From positions 1,845,518 through 1,909,517 of the forward strand of contig OZ243923.1 in the NCBI GenBank assembly GCA_965213835.1: a stretch of DNA of 64,000 nt. Direction: 5' to 3'. A model generated the notes under the pieces. The model ran no database searches, was not told the origin of the DNA, and saw only the letters and a list, made by a program, of their open reading frames with translations. This document shows, one piece after another, positions 1-10,065 of this stretch (position 1 is its first letter; every line of letters starts with the position of its first letter). The position numbers and the translations under genes are program-made. Source of the stretch: an uncultured Granulicella sp. (GTDB taxonomy: Bacteria > Acidobacteriota > Terriglobia > Terriglobales > Acidobacteriaceae).

Positions 1-525
1 GAGCCTGGAGAAGCTCACCTCGAGGGTGGAGGCAGGAGAGCCGTCGTCGAATTTGAGAGTTCCGCTCACGCTGGCCGCGCGGTGAAGCGGCAGGTTGAGA
101 CTGGTCGTCTGGCCGGCCGCGACCAGGATCACGGGAATATTGGCTGCAATCTCCTTCGCCTGCTCAGGGGTAGCCGGATGGTCAAGCTGCGATTTCGTGT
201 ACATGGATGCGGCGGAAAGGTAGCCGGCCTTTTGGGCGACCACGTAATAGCGGCCCGGAGGAACGCGCGGAATCAGAAAGGTCCCGTCCAACCGCGTCTG
301 GTAAAGCGTGATCATGGGTGAACGAACGGGTTTCCCGGTTTTCGCATCGAGCGGCGAGGCGGACTCGGAGACAGGCGTGAGCGAGACTTCGGTGAGACGC
401 CCGGGAAGGTTTATATCTGTGCAGGTAACCGTGCCCGCAACGGTTCCGTAAACTTCGCGGACGTCCGCACTTTGGCCAACGGCAGAGGCGATGGCAACGA
501 AAAAGAACGACGGCAACCATTTCAT
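1..525 (-). CDS. Secreted protein with carboxypeptidase-regulatory-like (beta-sandwich) domain, truncated by window edge
   Basis: Not in the ORF track because it runs off position 1. My translation from ATG at 525: MKWLPSFFFVAIASAVG|QSADVREVYGTVAGTVTC...DGTFLIPRVPPGRYYVVAQKAGY...AASVSGTLKFDDGSP; signal peptide plus G.F....V.PG.Y.V.A...GY pattern. Confidence 0.65.
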   Translation of the reverse strand, partial: MKWLPSFFFVAIASAVGQSADVREVYGTVAGTVTCTDINLPGRLTEVSLTPVSESASPLDAKTGKPVRSPMITLYQTRLDGTFLIPRVPPGRYYVVAQKAGYLSAASMYTKSQLDHPATPEQAKEIAANIPVILVAAGQTTSLNLPLHRAASVSGTLKFDDGSPASTLEVSFSRL

Positions 526-578
526 GAACGCCAGACTATCGCATTTTGCTTCTCGGATGAGATTGCAGTTCAAAAACC

Positions 579-2495
579 TCAAGGTTGCTGGACGACCCCA
601 GAAAGCGGCGTCTTGACCGGTGCGGCCAGGCCGATGAACCGGGTGACCGTGTTGCTTCCAAAGTTCGTGACCCAGATGCCTCCGCTGGAGTCGATGGCGA
701 GTGCATAGGCCTCCAGCAGCCCGGCATCTCCACCATACCCCGTCGCCGGCGAGATTGCCGTTCCTGGCGTTGAGCTTGTGGTGCCGGTAAGCTCGGTCAG
801 GTAGGGTGCGCGATAGTTGGCAACCCAGACGTTGCCGGCCCCATCGACCGCAATTCCCTGCGGATGGTTAATTCCGCCCAGGCCGGTGTATCCCGATGAT
901 GCAATGGTGCACGCATTGGTGATCAGTGAAATGGAGTTGCCGTAAAAGTTTGCAACCCAGATGTTGTTTGTCTGATCGACTGCAAGACCGGAGGCTCCGT
1001 TGCAGCAATTGAAGTTGGTGAACGAGGTGCCGTCGGCAGAAGCCCGGGTGACATTGGTGCTGGACTGGTTGGCGACCCAGCCGTAATGGTTTCCGTCTAC
1101 GACGACCGCGACCGGAAAGGCGAAGAGGTCTGTCGTATAGCCGCTGGTGCCCGAAAGCGGAGTGCCGTTGGCACTGAGCAGTGTCAGGTAAGAGTTGCCA
1201 TAATCGACCACCCAGGCCGTGGTACTGGGGTCGATGGCAACCGAAATCGGATAGTTCAGGCCGCCAGACATAAAGCCGTTCGAGCCCGCAAGAGACGCGC
1301 CGGCGGGGCTAAGCTTGGTCACGCTTCCAGTGGAAATGCCGTAATAGGGTTGCTCATTCGGGATCCAGGCATTGTCGCTCTGGTCCAAGGCGAGCCCGTA
1401 GGAGTTGTTGAGGCCGTTGGCCGTGACGCCCAGGACGGAGCCGCCGAGCGGGTTGAACTTGGCTGCCTCATAGAAGTAGCTCGCGGCCCACACCGATCCG
1501 GTGGAGTCGACACCGATCCCGGATGGGCCGTTGAGCGCACCGGAAAGCGTAAGGAAAAGCGTCCAGTCCGTCGGCTGCGAGGCGAGGGCGAAGGGATAAA
1601 CGGAGCTGGCCAGGGTGCTGTGGTACAGGCTTGCAACATTGCTGGCCGGCGTGTGGACGACGTTGTACAGCGCGTCGAAGGTATCCGTGGGAGCCTTCGC
1701 GCCGGAAGGGGTAGCAGCTGCAAAAAAGGAAGAGCAGTTGGCCGTAGAGGTGGCGCATGCATTGACGGCGTTGGCGAGCGAATTGACACGGGCTGCGGGA
1801 GAACTGCTGTTCGCCGGAAGCGTTGCTCCGGGAGAGCCTCCGGTCAGCGGGTTCGCCAGTTCGGCAGCCGTGTTGAAGGCATTGCTCATTCCGACGGAGT
1901 TGGTGGCGGTCGAACCGATGCTGCTGGCCGAACTTGCGTAGGAATAAAACGGCGCCAGCGCATAGGCTGCCGCGACCGTGGTCGGTTCGTTGACGGCGAA
2001 CGTTGTACCGGTCGCAAGGGAGTTGCAGGAACCCAGCGCGGACACGAGCACCAGTCCGTTGTTGGAGGCGGTGCTTGCGCCAACCTTGCCGCCGGTGCTG
2101 ACCAGGTAGAGATTGGATCCGGCTCCAGGACAGGTGTACTGCGCGGCAACCTGTACAGTCCCCGTAGCACTGGTCGTCAGAGGAGCCGACAGGAGCGCTG
2201 TCGCCGATGACCCGTTGCCGGTGATGCCGGCTGCGTAGAGCTGAACGGAGGCTCCAGCGATCGGGGTCGAACCGGCGGTGACCAGGGCGGAAAAGGCGCT
2301 GCCCGCGGCGGGCGTAGGCGCGGCCGGGGTAGGCAGAACGGGGATCGTGGGGGGAGCCGGGCAGGTCACCGTCGGGCCGGGCGTGGGGGCCGGGGTAGGC
2401 TCAACCGGCGTGTTGCCAAAGTTTCCCGCGCCGCAGCCGGTCAACAGGGCAGAAGCAAACAGAGCGGCTATGAGCGAAGGAACAAAGGACTTCAT
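579..2495 (-). CDS. Lipoprotein with Pro/Thr linker and C-terminal NHL/Vgb-like beta-propeller repeats
   Basis: Lipobox LTG|C at residue 21; PTPAPTP linker; repeated P.GIAVD..G.VWV.N units (PSGIGVDSTGSVW, SYGLALDQSDNAW, PQGIAVDGAGNVW). Confidence 0.8.
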   Translation of the reverse strand: MKSFVPSLIAALFASALLTGCGAGNFGNTPVEPTPAPTPGPTVTCPAPPTIPVLPTPAAPTPAAGSAFSALVTAGSTPIAGASVQLYAAGITGNGSSATALLSAPLTTSATGTVQVAAQYTCPGAGSNLYLVSTGGKVGASTASNNGLVLVSALGSCNSLATGTTFAVNEPTTVAAAYALAPFYSYASSASSIGSTATNSVGMSNAFNTAAELANPLTGGSPGATLPANSSSPAARVNSLANAVNACATSTANCSSFFAAATPSGAKAPTDTFDALYNVVHTPASNVASLYHSTLASSVYPFALASQPTDWTLFLTLSGALNGPSGIGVDSTGSVWAASYFYEAAKFNPLGGSVLGVTANGLNNSYGLALDQSDNAWIPNEQPYYGISTGSVTKLSPAGASLAGSNGFMSGGLNYPISVAIDPSTTAWVVDYGNSYLTLLSANGTPLSGTSGYTTDLFAFPVAVVVDGNHYGWVANQSSTNVTRASADGTSFTNFNCCNGASGLAVDQTNNIWVANFYGNSISLITNACTIASSGYTGLGGINHPQGIAVDGAGNVWVANYRAPYLTELTGTTSSTPGTAISPATGYGGDAGLLEAYALAIDSSGGIWVTNFGSNTVTRFIGLAAPVKTPLSGVVQQP

Positions 2496-2519
2496 GCGGA
2501 CTCCGCGGCACCTGCGCCG

Positions 2520-4184
2520 CTAATGGCTTTGGCGATAAGGCTGGGTAAGCGCATCCAACTTGACGGTAGAAAGGAATGACGCTACATCGGCCGAGAGCTG
2601 CTGCCGCGCGGTCGCGATTGGAAGCGTGGTATCGATCGTCTCGGCCTTTAGCAATATCGGGATAGGCCGCTCGGGATTCTGGTCCAGCAGCGCCCGCGGG
2701 TTGGGCCGGCTGTAGTTGAAGCCGAAATGCGTGCGCGGCGAGGTGTACTCTCCGCAGGACGAGCCGTTACACAGGGTAGAAGCTTCCAGGTACTGGGTGG
2801 CACCGTCATTGTAGAACGAGGTGGCGAATGCGATCGAAGTGGACCCGGTGGAATAAGTGGTCTCGTCATGCCAGAGCGGGTCCTCTCCACGGGCGGAGTG
2901 GCAGACCATGGTGTCATGCGAGCCCATCAGAGGTGAAATGCCAAGCTGGATATGGGTACCCCCGTTGGCAGGGGCGTAGTCCGCCCAGTGAAACAGCAGG
3001 GCACCAGAGAGGAGCGATTCATTCCAGGATCGTGTAAGCGTGTAGGAGCCCAGAGTCTGGGGAAAATGGCCCAGCGCGTGCTCATCCTCACGCAGTGCAG
3101 ACGCCGTGGCGGATTGGTGAAAGAAAAGGACGGCACTGAACAAACCGACGACCCCAAGCACGGTCAGCGCGAGAGCGCGAAAGTAAAATGTCCAGGCAGG
3201 CATCGAAGGCGGAGCCTCTCCGGATCGAACGAGGGGCAGCGCGAGGACGGAACCCGGACCGCCGTCACGCGAGCCAAGCCGCTGGATCAGGTTACACAGT
3301 AAATAGACGGCGACGAAAAACAGCGCCGCGCCGATCACATAGTCGGCGTTTTCCGCATGGTCCTGCAAGGACGGGACGTGAATGGCCAGCACGTAAAACA
3401 ACACCAGCGTGCAGAGCCTCACGAAATTGAACAAGTAGCCGAGCAAAATGGCGGCCAGCACCACCAGCGTCAGCGCGCGCCAGCGGAAGCGAAACAGGTA
3501 GCCGGCCACCAGCGCGATCAGCCCCATCGTCACCGCGCCACGAATGCCATTGCATCCGGGTGCGATGAACATGCCGAACTCCGGCGTGAACATGAGCCGA
3601 AGCTTGTCCGGGCTGAGCGGTTGGCCGAGCGCCATGGCAAACGCACGCGCAATGTGAGCGGACGCGCGCTGCAACGGAAGGTCCACATACACGTTGAAGA
3701 TGTGCGGGACGGGGTTGACCAGGAGCAAAAGCAGCAGGGGAAACAGAGCTCGCCGCACCAGCCTGCGGCCGCCAAACAGAAGTGCGGCACCGAGGCCATA
3801 AGCAAGCATGACTACCGAAGAGGGAGGAAATCGGAGCGACCACTGGGGAAACAGCACCAGCGTCATCACCGTCTGCTCGCGCATGCGAACCAGAGCAGCG
3901 GTGATGACCAGAATCACGAGCCCCCACCAACTGCCGCTGATCTCCCAGCCAAGGCTGCGCCATACCCGAAGCACAAGCAGAAAGCTGACGACAGGTATAA
4001 CCATTCCGATCGATTTCAGCGGATCGGTCGTCCAGAGAGCCCATAAGCTAAGCAGGGCAGACCAGATGGAAAATAAGCCAAGAACAGTGACTGCGGCGGC
4101 AAGCGCCGCACGGAAGCCACGTGCTTCAACGATCTTCCACGAAAGGACGGAAGGCATGGCCTGAGCTGGAGGAAGAGTCTGCAT
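2520..4184 (-). CDS. xrtJ: Exosortase J with C-terminal EpsI-like extracytoplasmic domain
   Basis: Multi-TM N-half with exosortase motifs IAPGCNGIRG (Cys) and NFVRL (Arg); directly downstream of a PExPT-type target gene. Confidence 0.85.
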   Translation of the reverse strand: MQTLPPAQAMPSVLSWKIVEARGFRAALAAAVTVLGLFSIWSALLSLWALWTTDPLKSIGMVIPVVSFLLVLRVWRSLGWEISGSWWGLVILVITAALVRMREQTVMTLVLFPQWSLRFPPSSVVMLAYGLGAALLFGGRRLVRRALFPLLLLLLVNPVPHIFNVYVDLPLQRASAHIARAFAMALGQPLSPDKLRLMFTPEFGMFIAPGCNGIRGAVTMGLIALVAGYLFRFRWRALTLVVLAAILLGYLFNFVRLCTLVLFYVLAIHVPSLQDHAENADYVIGAALFFVAVYLLCNLIQRLGSRDGGPGSVLALPLVRSGEAPPSMPAWTFYFRALALTVLGVVGLFSAVLFFHQSATASALREDEHALGHFPQTLGSYTLTRSWNESLLSGALLFHWADYAPANGGTHIQLGISPLMGSHDTMVCHSARGEDPLWHDETTYSTGSTSIAFATSFYNDGATQYLEASTLCNGSSCGEYTSPRTHFGFNYSRPNPRALLDQNPERPIPILLKAETIDTTLPIATARQQLSADVASFLSTVKLDALTQPYRQSH

Positions 4185-4241
4185 ACGGCGGTCCCGGCAG
4201 GGTTGGCCGGCTCATTGTTCCGGCAGCCCCCGGGAATATAG

Positions 4242-4430
4242 CTATTTCGAATTGCGGCGAGCCCGGAAGCGAGCGCGCGCGGAAGCAAACAAGGCACCGG
4301 CGGTCCCGACCAGGCCCAAGACGACTGTAGGATTCTCGGGTGAGTTCACACATCCACCCTGAGCATGCAAGGGCAGGGCAACAGCGAAGAGGGCAGCAGC
4401 AGCGAAAAGCAGGACGGAAGACTTCTTCAT
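4242..4430 (-). CDS. PExPT-CTERM / XrtJ-associated TM-motif-TM small protein (62 aa)
   Basis: MKKSSVLLFAAAALFAVALPLHA|QGGCVNSPENPT-VVLGLVGTAGALFASA-RARFRARRNSK: signal peptide, GCxxSPENPT motif, TM helix, Arg-rich tail; start taken at MKK (4430). Confidence 0.85.
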   Translation of the reverse strand: MKKSSVLLFAAAALFAVALPLHAQGGCVNSPENPTVVLGLVGTAGALFASARARFRARRNSK

Positions 4431-4554
4431 GGGAAACCTCAAGGGCAAAGTATGGTGCAGACAAAGCCTTGTTGAACCAGGTGAAAGAGGCAGAAGGGCA
4501 GCATTTGATCGGCACTCAATTCCGAAGGAAGGATTGGCTTGCCTGAATCATATC

Positions 4555-7197
4555 CTACTCCGGTCCCCGCGCGGAGGTTAATCCTGCGCTCGCCAAAGCT
4601 TGCGCTCCGGCGGCATCCGCGTGGGTCAGCAGCCAGGCGCGCAGGTTCGGCTCCTGCGTTTTGCGCAGGCGAATGCAGTCGTCGATGCTGTCAAGCGCCT
4701 TGGTCAGGGCACGGTCCGCGGCTTCGACCGGATGCACCTTGAAGAAGCTCTGCACCTGGTCGCGGCCTTCCACCGTGCAAAAGGACCCGAGCGACGAGAC
4801 AAACTGCGAACCGGAGCCGGTAGTCAGTTGTGCCTTTACCGCACCCCAGTGCGCCTGCACCCAGGGCCAGGCTACGTCGCGGGTCTGCGTCTGCGAGAGC
4901 TCGATGGCGATCAGTACCCAGGAGTCCTGGTTACGCACCTGGCCGGAGGTCGCGTACTCGAGTGTGCTCGTTACAAGCTCCGGCCGGCGAAACTCGGCGA
5001 GTGTTTCCAGCGATTCGGTCTGCAGCCCGGGATCAGTCGCCTTCTGGCTGACCAGCTTAAGTCGGTCGTAAAACTCCTGGTCTCCGTTGGCCGCGGCCAG
5101 CACCACGGACGCATCGACCAACCCGTCGTCATCCAGCTTCTTGCCGCTCAACAGCTCATTGACGATGGTTTTCGATTCAGCGATCGCGGCCGGGTCGTCC
5201 GCCGCCCCGAGCGCCTGGAACAACTGCGCGCGGATCTGCTGGTGCTCGTACGGCTCATCGGGACCAGCCGGTTTCGCGTAATTGGCCCAGACCTGGTTGA
5301 GTTGCCGGCGCAGGATCGCGTTCAGCTGAGTCTTCTCCTCCGCAGTCGCGATGCGCGTGCGAACTGTCGAGATATCGTCCAGCGCCGTGCCCAGGATGAA
5401 TGGATTCGGATCGGATTTGACCGCAAAGGCGAGATCAAGAAAGGTGCCGACCTTTTCCATGCCGGCCCGGGTCAGCGCCCAGCGATCTCCCAAAAAACCG
5501 ACCCGCTCGGGCACCGTCAGGCCGGTTTCCACCTGGGCCGTAATGCTCCGGAGCTGTTCCGGCGTGTACGCGACGCGGAAATAGCCCTTGTCACCCGCGT
5601 CGGGAAAAAAGAAGGGTGCGCCGGCAACAGGATTGACGGCAACAACATCACGCGGAAGCAGCGTGCAAACGGGCCCGGAGGAGCTTTTCTGGCAGACCGG
5701 CAGCGTCCAGCCGACCGAGACATCGTTCGCCATCAGCTGGTCGTTGGTGTGACCGCCCAGAAAGAAGCGCGTCTGGTGAACTGGATAGCCGGCACCCTCC
5801 TTATCACCGAAGGTCAGGAGCGGAACCCCGGGCTTATCGACAAAGGAAGACATCACCTTATCCACCGGCTGATGACTGGTCGAGGTCTGCGCGTTCCAAA
5901 AGTCTTCCGCGGTCGCATTGGCGTACAGATGGGCTGCCAGGTAATTATGAACACCCTGGCGGAAAACCTCCGGGCTCACGTACTGCTCCACCATGCCGAT
6001 GACCGCACCGGCCTTGCCGTAGGAGATACCGTCGAACATCTCCTGGATCTGCGCGGGCGTGTCGGCCGTGGCGCGGATGGTGCGCGTGGTGCGGGCCGCA
6101 TCCAGGTTCAGCGTGCCGTCGAGTTCGTCGGCCACGTCCTGCGGGAAATGCCACTCCGGGTGCCACTCACCGGCGGCCTTGTCCTGCATCCAGGTAGCGA
6201 ACCCCTCGTTCAGCCACAGATTGTCCCACCACTGCATGGTTACCATATCGCCAAACCACTGGTGCGCCATCTCATGGGCGACCACCGAGGCTACGCGCTT
6301 CTTCGCCCCGACGCCGCCATCCTTGTCATCGACCAGAAGCTCGGTTTCGCGGTAGGTAATCGCGCCGAAGTTCTCCATGGCGCCGGCCTCGAAGTCAGGG
6401 ATCGCAATCAGGTCCAGCTTCGGCATGGGGTACTTGATGCCGAAGTAGGTGTCGTAATAAGAGAGGAAATGCTCGGCCGCGGAGAGAGCGAACGGCGTGA
6501 GTTTGATCTTGTCCGGCGTGGAGCATACGCGAATCGGCACGGAATCCGCAGAGCCGGAGGTACATTGGAAGTCTCCGACCAGGAAGGCCACCAGGTAGGT
6601 GGACATGCGTGGCGTGGTCGCGAAGGTAAAGGTGTGCTTCGGCCCGGCCGGGCTGTCGGAGATTACGTTGGTGTTCGAGATAGCCGTGTCGCCGGCGTCC
6701 ACGGTAAGCGAGATGTCGAAGGTAGCCTTGAGAGCCGGCTCGTCGAAGGACGGAAAAGCGCGGCGAGCATCGGTGGCTTCAAACTGGGTCACGGCGTAGT
6801 TGCGGGCCTTGGTCTTGGACAGGTAGAAGCCGCGCAGCTTGTCGTTCAGAACACCGGTATATTCCACCAAAAGCGTGCTGTGGCCGGCCGGCAGCGGCTT
6901 CGGGAAGGTGAAGGTCGCCTGCTCTTTCGCCGGATCGTAGCTGACGGTGGCGGTCTGACCGCCAGTGGTGACACGATTGATCCTCAACTCCGCGGCATTG
7001 AGCACGATCGAGGCGGAAGGCGCAACAAGCGTAACATCCAGCGTTTCCGAGCCGGTAAAGCTGGCAGCCGCAATGTCCGGCGTCAGATGCAGGGCGTAGT
7101 GGTCCGGCTTGACGTTGGCGGGAAGGCGCTGGGCCGAGGCAACGGCAATGACGGCAAGAGCGGAGGCGGCAAACAGGCGGGCGAAACGGAAAGTCAT
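4555..7197 (-). CDS. pepN: Secreted M1 family aminopeptidase (ERAP1-like C-terminal domain)
   Basis: GAMEN exopeptidase motif; HEMAH-x18-E zinc motif (HEMAHQWFG...NEGFA); signal peptide ASA|Q. Confidence 0.9.
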   Translation of the reverse strand: MTFRFARLFAASALAVIAVASAQRLPANVKPDHYALHLTPDIAAASFTGSETLDVTLVAPSASIVLNAAELRINRVTTGGQTATVSYDPAKEQATFTFPKPLPAGHSTLLVEYTGVLNDKLRGFYLSKTKARNYAVTQFEATDARRAFPSFDEPALKATFDISLTVDAGDTAISNTNVISDSPAGPKHTFTFATTPRMSTYLVAFLVGDFQCTSGSADSVPIRVCSTPDKIKLTPFALSAAEHFLSYYDTYFGIKYPMPKLDLIAIPDFEAGAMENFGAITYRETELLVDDKDGGVGAKKRVASVVAHEMAHQWFGDMVTMQWWDNLWLNEGFATWMQDKAAGEWHPEWHFPQDVADELDGTLNLDAARTTRTIRATADTPAQIQEMFDGISYGKAGAVIGMVEQYVSPEVFRQGVHNYLAAHLYANATAEDFWNAQTSTSHQPVDKVMSSFVDKPGVPLLTFGDKEGAGYPVHQTRFFLGGHTNDQLMANDVSVGWTLPVCQKSSSGPVCTLLPRDVVAVNPVAGAPFFFPDAGDKGYFRVAYTPEQLRSITAQVETGLTVPERVGFLGDRWALTRAGMEKVGTFLDLAFAVKSDPNPFILGTALDDISTVRTRIATAEEKTQLNAILRRQLNQVWANYAKPAGPDEPYEHQQIRAQLFQALGAADDPAAIAESKTIVNELLSGKKLDDDGLVDASVVLAAANGDQEFYDRLKLVSQKATDPGLQTESLETLAEFRRPELVTSTLEYATSGQVRNQDSWVLIAIELSQTQTRDVAWPWVQAHWGAVKAQLTTGSGSQFVSSLGSFCTVEGRDQVQSFFKVHPVEAADRALTKALDSIDDCIRLRKTQEPNLRAWLLTHADAAGAQALASAGLTSARGPE

Positions 7198-7309
7198 GGA
7201 GTTCCTTGCGCGTGAAGATGCGGCAACACTGCTTTTGAAAGACTACCTGTTGACGCCCGGCACGCACGAAGGATTGCTGTGGGGGCGTGAAAAAATCCGG
7301 AGCGGGCCA

Positions 7310-8089
7310 CTACCGCAGGCGTGCGACGCACAATCGAGCCGGCCGGTAGTCAACCAGGGTGAACTGGTTTGGCGGAATGTGCGCAGCCTTGCAAAGAGAA
7401 AGCCAGTCGGCACGGCGAAAGCTGCGCAGGATCGACACCGGGCCGTCGTGCTTTACGAACGGATGCCACGTGGTAAAGCGGCAGAGCAGCTTGAACAGGC
7501 GGTACGGCATCCGCTCACGATGCAGATCGTTGATAAACCAGCCCAGGCGTGCCTTGGATTCCATCCAGTCCAGAAAATCCACAATCTCGCCATTGGTGAG
7601 GTGGTGGGTCATCAGCGAGCTGACGATGATGTCGATGCCCTCCGGCGGATGGAACGCAAAGGCATCGCCCTCCAGATACGTGATCGTGCCGGGCAGAGTG
7701 ACCTCGCGGGCGGCGCGCACCGCGTACGGGTTGTGGTCGATGCCAGTAAGCCGGACGGGCAGATTGCGGTCCTCCGCCCAGCGATGGATGCGGCGCAGCA
7801 TATCGCCGTAGCCGCAACCTACATCGACGATGTGCAGAGGACCGGACTGCAGCGGCATACGGCGGTAGACATAGTCGAGCCAAGCAAGTGTTGGCCGGTA
7901 GGCGAAGGTGAGCCGGTTGACCTGCGCGATGTCTCGCACACAGGCCCGAAACTCCTCATAGCTGCACGGTCCGTCCATGAGCTCGGGAGAGCCGGAGAGG
8001 CTGGCGCGTTGGGAAAGGTCAAGGGCGATGGTACGGTCCTGCCGAGCACGGTCACGAGCAAGCTTACCCCATGAGAAAGCGCCAGGCAA
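7310..8089 (-). CDS. Class I SAM-dependent methyltransferase
   Basis: Motif I IVDVGCGYGD; LTGID; D-A-F and SSLMTHH segments. Confidence 0.8.
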   Translation of the reverse strand: MPGAFSWGKLARDRARQDRTIALDLSQRASLSGSPELMDGPCSYEEFRACVRDIAQVNRLTFAYRPTLAWLDYVYRRMPLQSGPLHIVDVGCGYGDMLRRIHRWAEDRNLPVRLTGIDHNPYAVRAAREVTLPGTITYLEGDAFAFHPPEGIDIIVSSLMTHHLTNGEIVDFLDWMESKARLGWFINDLHRERMPYRLFKLLCRFTTWHPFVKHDGPVSILRSFRRADWLSLCKAAHIPPNQFTLVDYRPARLCVARLR

Positions 8090-8103
8090 GACGCGAGGCG
8101 ACT

Positions 8104-9168
8104 CTAACGGCTGCCGTGCACACTGGCCGCGCGTTCCGAGTGCCCCGTCAGTTCGGCTGCGCGCGCCTCCGCATAACCAGCCGCGCCGAGCAGAGCGCAG
8201 GTGTCGTCCAGGATAACGCGGACCGGCATGGACTGCAGCAGCGGAGCCATGCGACCCTTGTCCAGAAAACCCTGGCGAAATACACCGCTCGACAGCGTCT
8301 TGAGGACCTTGGGCGCGATGCCGCCGCCGATGTACAGGCCGCCCACGGCAAGTACCTTCAACGCGAGATTTCCAGCCTCCGCGCCCAGCGCAGAGGCGAA
8401 CATCTGCATCGTTTCGTAGCAGATTTCGCTCGATCCATCCTCCGCGCAGTGCCCGATTACCGCGTTCGCATCTTCGCTCTGCATCCGTTCCCGCAGCCAG
8501 GCAGGCTCGTCCATCTTCTGGTCGTCGCGAAGAAACGCATAGATATTCTTGATGCCGATGCCCGAAACGACCCGCTCAAAGGAGACGCGCCCCTTCAGGG
8601 TGGTCAGCAGATAGCGCAGCAGAGAGACCTCGCGCTCGTTGCGTGCGGCGAAGTCGCAATGTCCGCCTTCGGATGGGAGCGGCGTGTGCCGGCGACGAGC
8701 CGCATCCCAGACCAGCAGCGCTTCCCCCAGACCAGTGCCCGCGGAGACCAGGCCACGGTGGCCGACCGAGGCGGGATCGCCCTCGAGCAGAGTATAAATC
8801 GCGTCCTGCTTGAGCTCCGGGATGCCATAACCGTTCGCTTCCAGGTCGTTGATGAGGAAGATGTGCTCCAACCCCAGGGAGGCGCGGAGGTCGCGAGTAT
8901 CCAGCGTCCACGGCAGGTTGGTCAGCTTCAGACGTCCGTCGCGCACCGGGCCGGGACAGCCGAAACAGGCCGCTTCCACCTGGTGGGTGTCGACCCCCTC
9001 ATGGCCGTCACACTCCGCCAGAAAGCGCTTGACCACGTCTTCCAGCGAATGGAACTCCGCGGCCGGAAACTTCTGATCCCGCTTGGACAGCAGTGTTCCG
9101 GCATCGAAAGAGTAAAGCGCGAGGTGGACCTTGGTGCCCCCAACGTCGCCTGCTAGGATCATGCGCAT
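8104..9168 (-). CDS. glk: Glucokinase
   Basis: ILAGDVGGTK phosphate-1 motif, LTNLPW, INDLEA, AGTGLG, SEGGH, GGGIAPK. Confidence 0.93.
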   Translation of the reverse strand: MRMILAGDVGGTKVHLALYSFDAGTLLSKRDQKFPAAEFHSLEDVVKRFLAECDGHEGVDTHQVEAACFGCPGPVRDGRLKLTNLPWTLDTRDLRASLGLEHIFLINDLEANGYGIPELKQDAIYTLLEGDPASVGHRGLVSAGTGLGEALLVWDAARRRHTPLPSEGGHCDFAARNEREVSLLRYLLTTLKGRVSFERVVSGIGIKNIYAFLRDDQKMDEPAWLRERMQSEDANAVIGHCAEDGSSEICYETMQMFASALGAEAGNLALKVLAVGGLYIGGGIAPKVLKTLSSGVFRQGFLDKGRMAPLLQSMPVRVILDDTCALLGAAGYAEARAAELTGHSERAASVHGSR

Positions 9169-9174
9169 TCCTCT

Positions 9175-9984
9175 CTAGGTGAGGTGCATCGTCGCTGCTT
9201 GAAGTCCGCCCTGAGCATGCTCAGGCGTAAATCCCAGCCCGGAGGCCGCAGCCTCATCCAGCAGCAGCGTCAGGCGTCCGCTCGACGGCCGAATGAGTTG
9301 CGAGGGATGCTCCTCCGGCTGATACGGCCCGGTAAATACCGTCTTCACCATCGCCGCCTTTGCGCCACCTTCGATTAGAAAGGCAACCTCCCGGCCCTGC
9401 GTAATAACCGGCCAGGTCAGCGTAAGGCGCCAGGTATCTTTCTGCGGAACATGGTTGGCGACCACCAGGCGCGACATCTCATTCAGCGCGTCCGTGTGCG
9501 GGAACAGCGACGCTGTGTGTCCATCATCGCCCAGGCCGAGCAGGATCAGGTCGAAAGTAGGGGTTTCCGCACCTTCAAGTTTGAAGGCATTGCGCAGCAT
9601 CGCCTCGTAGCGGGACGCACCCTCCTCAGGGTCGAGTTCCCCTTCCATTCGGTGAACATTCTCCGGCGGCAAAGGTACTTCGTCCAGCATCGCCTTGCGG
9701 GTCATTCCATAGTTGGAGTCGGGGTCATCCGGCCCGACGCAGCGCTCGTCCACCCAGAAAAGCTGCAGCCGAGTCCACGGAATCGTTGTCAGGAAGGGTT
9801 CAGTCGGGTCTGCGAGCAGGGCAAAAACGGCCTTGGGCGTGCTTCCACCTGAAATCGCCAGTCGCGCCACGCCGCGGCTTTCAACTGCCTGCACCACGAC
9901 CTGCTGGAAGAAGGCGGCCGTGGCGCGCGCGCAACTCTCTTCCGTGGGGGCGATCTTCACTGTGACTTCCACCGGGCGGGGCAT
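9175..9984 (-). CDS. pgl: 6-phosphogluconolactonase
   Basis: SGGSTP, DERCV, DSNY, LGLGDDGHTASLFP, RLTLT motifs; follows zwf. Confidence 0.93.
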   Translation of the reverse strand: MPRPVEVTVKIAPTEESCARATAAFFQQVVVQAVESRGVARLAISGGSTPKAVFALLADPTEPFLTTIPWTRLQLFWVDERCVGPDDPDSNYGMTRKAMLDEVPLPPENVHRMEGELDPEEGASRYEAMLRNAFKLEGAETPTFDLILLGLGDDGHTASLFPHTDALNEMSRLVVANHVPQKDTWRLTLTWPVITQGREVAFLIEGGAKAAMVKTVFTGPYQPEEHPSQLIRPSSGRLTLLLDEAAASGLGFTPEHAQGGLQAATMHLT

Positions 9985-10065
9985 GCTCGACTCCTCTCCA
10001 TAACTATACGATCATCGACGAAGGGCGTTTATCGACGTAGAGCGCCCACGTCGTCTTCAGGGCTG

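Noticed and set aside
4431-4554. Sigma-54 promoter upstream of the XrtJ target, by analogy with PEP-CTERM systems
   Set aside because: No convincing TGGCAC-N5-TTGC motif on the coding strand
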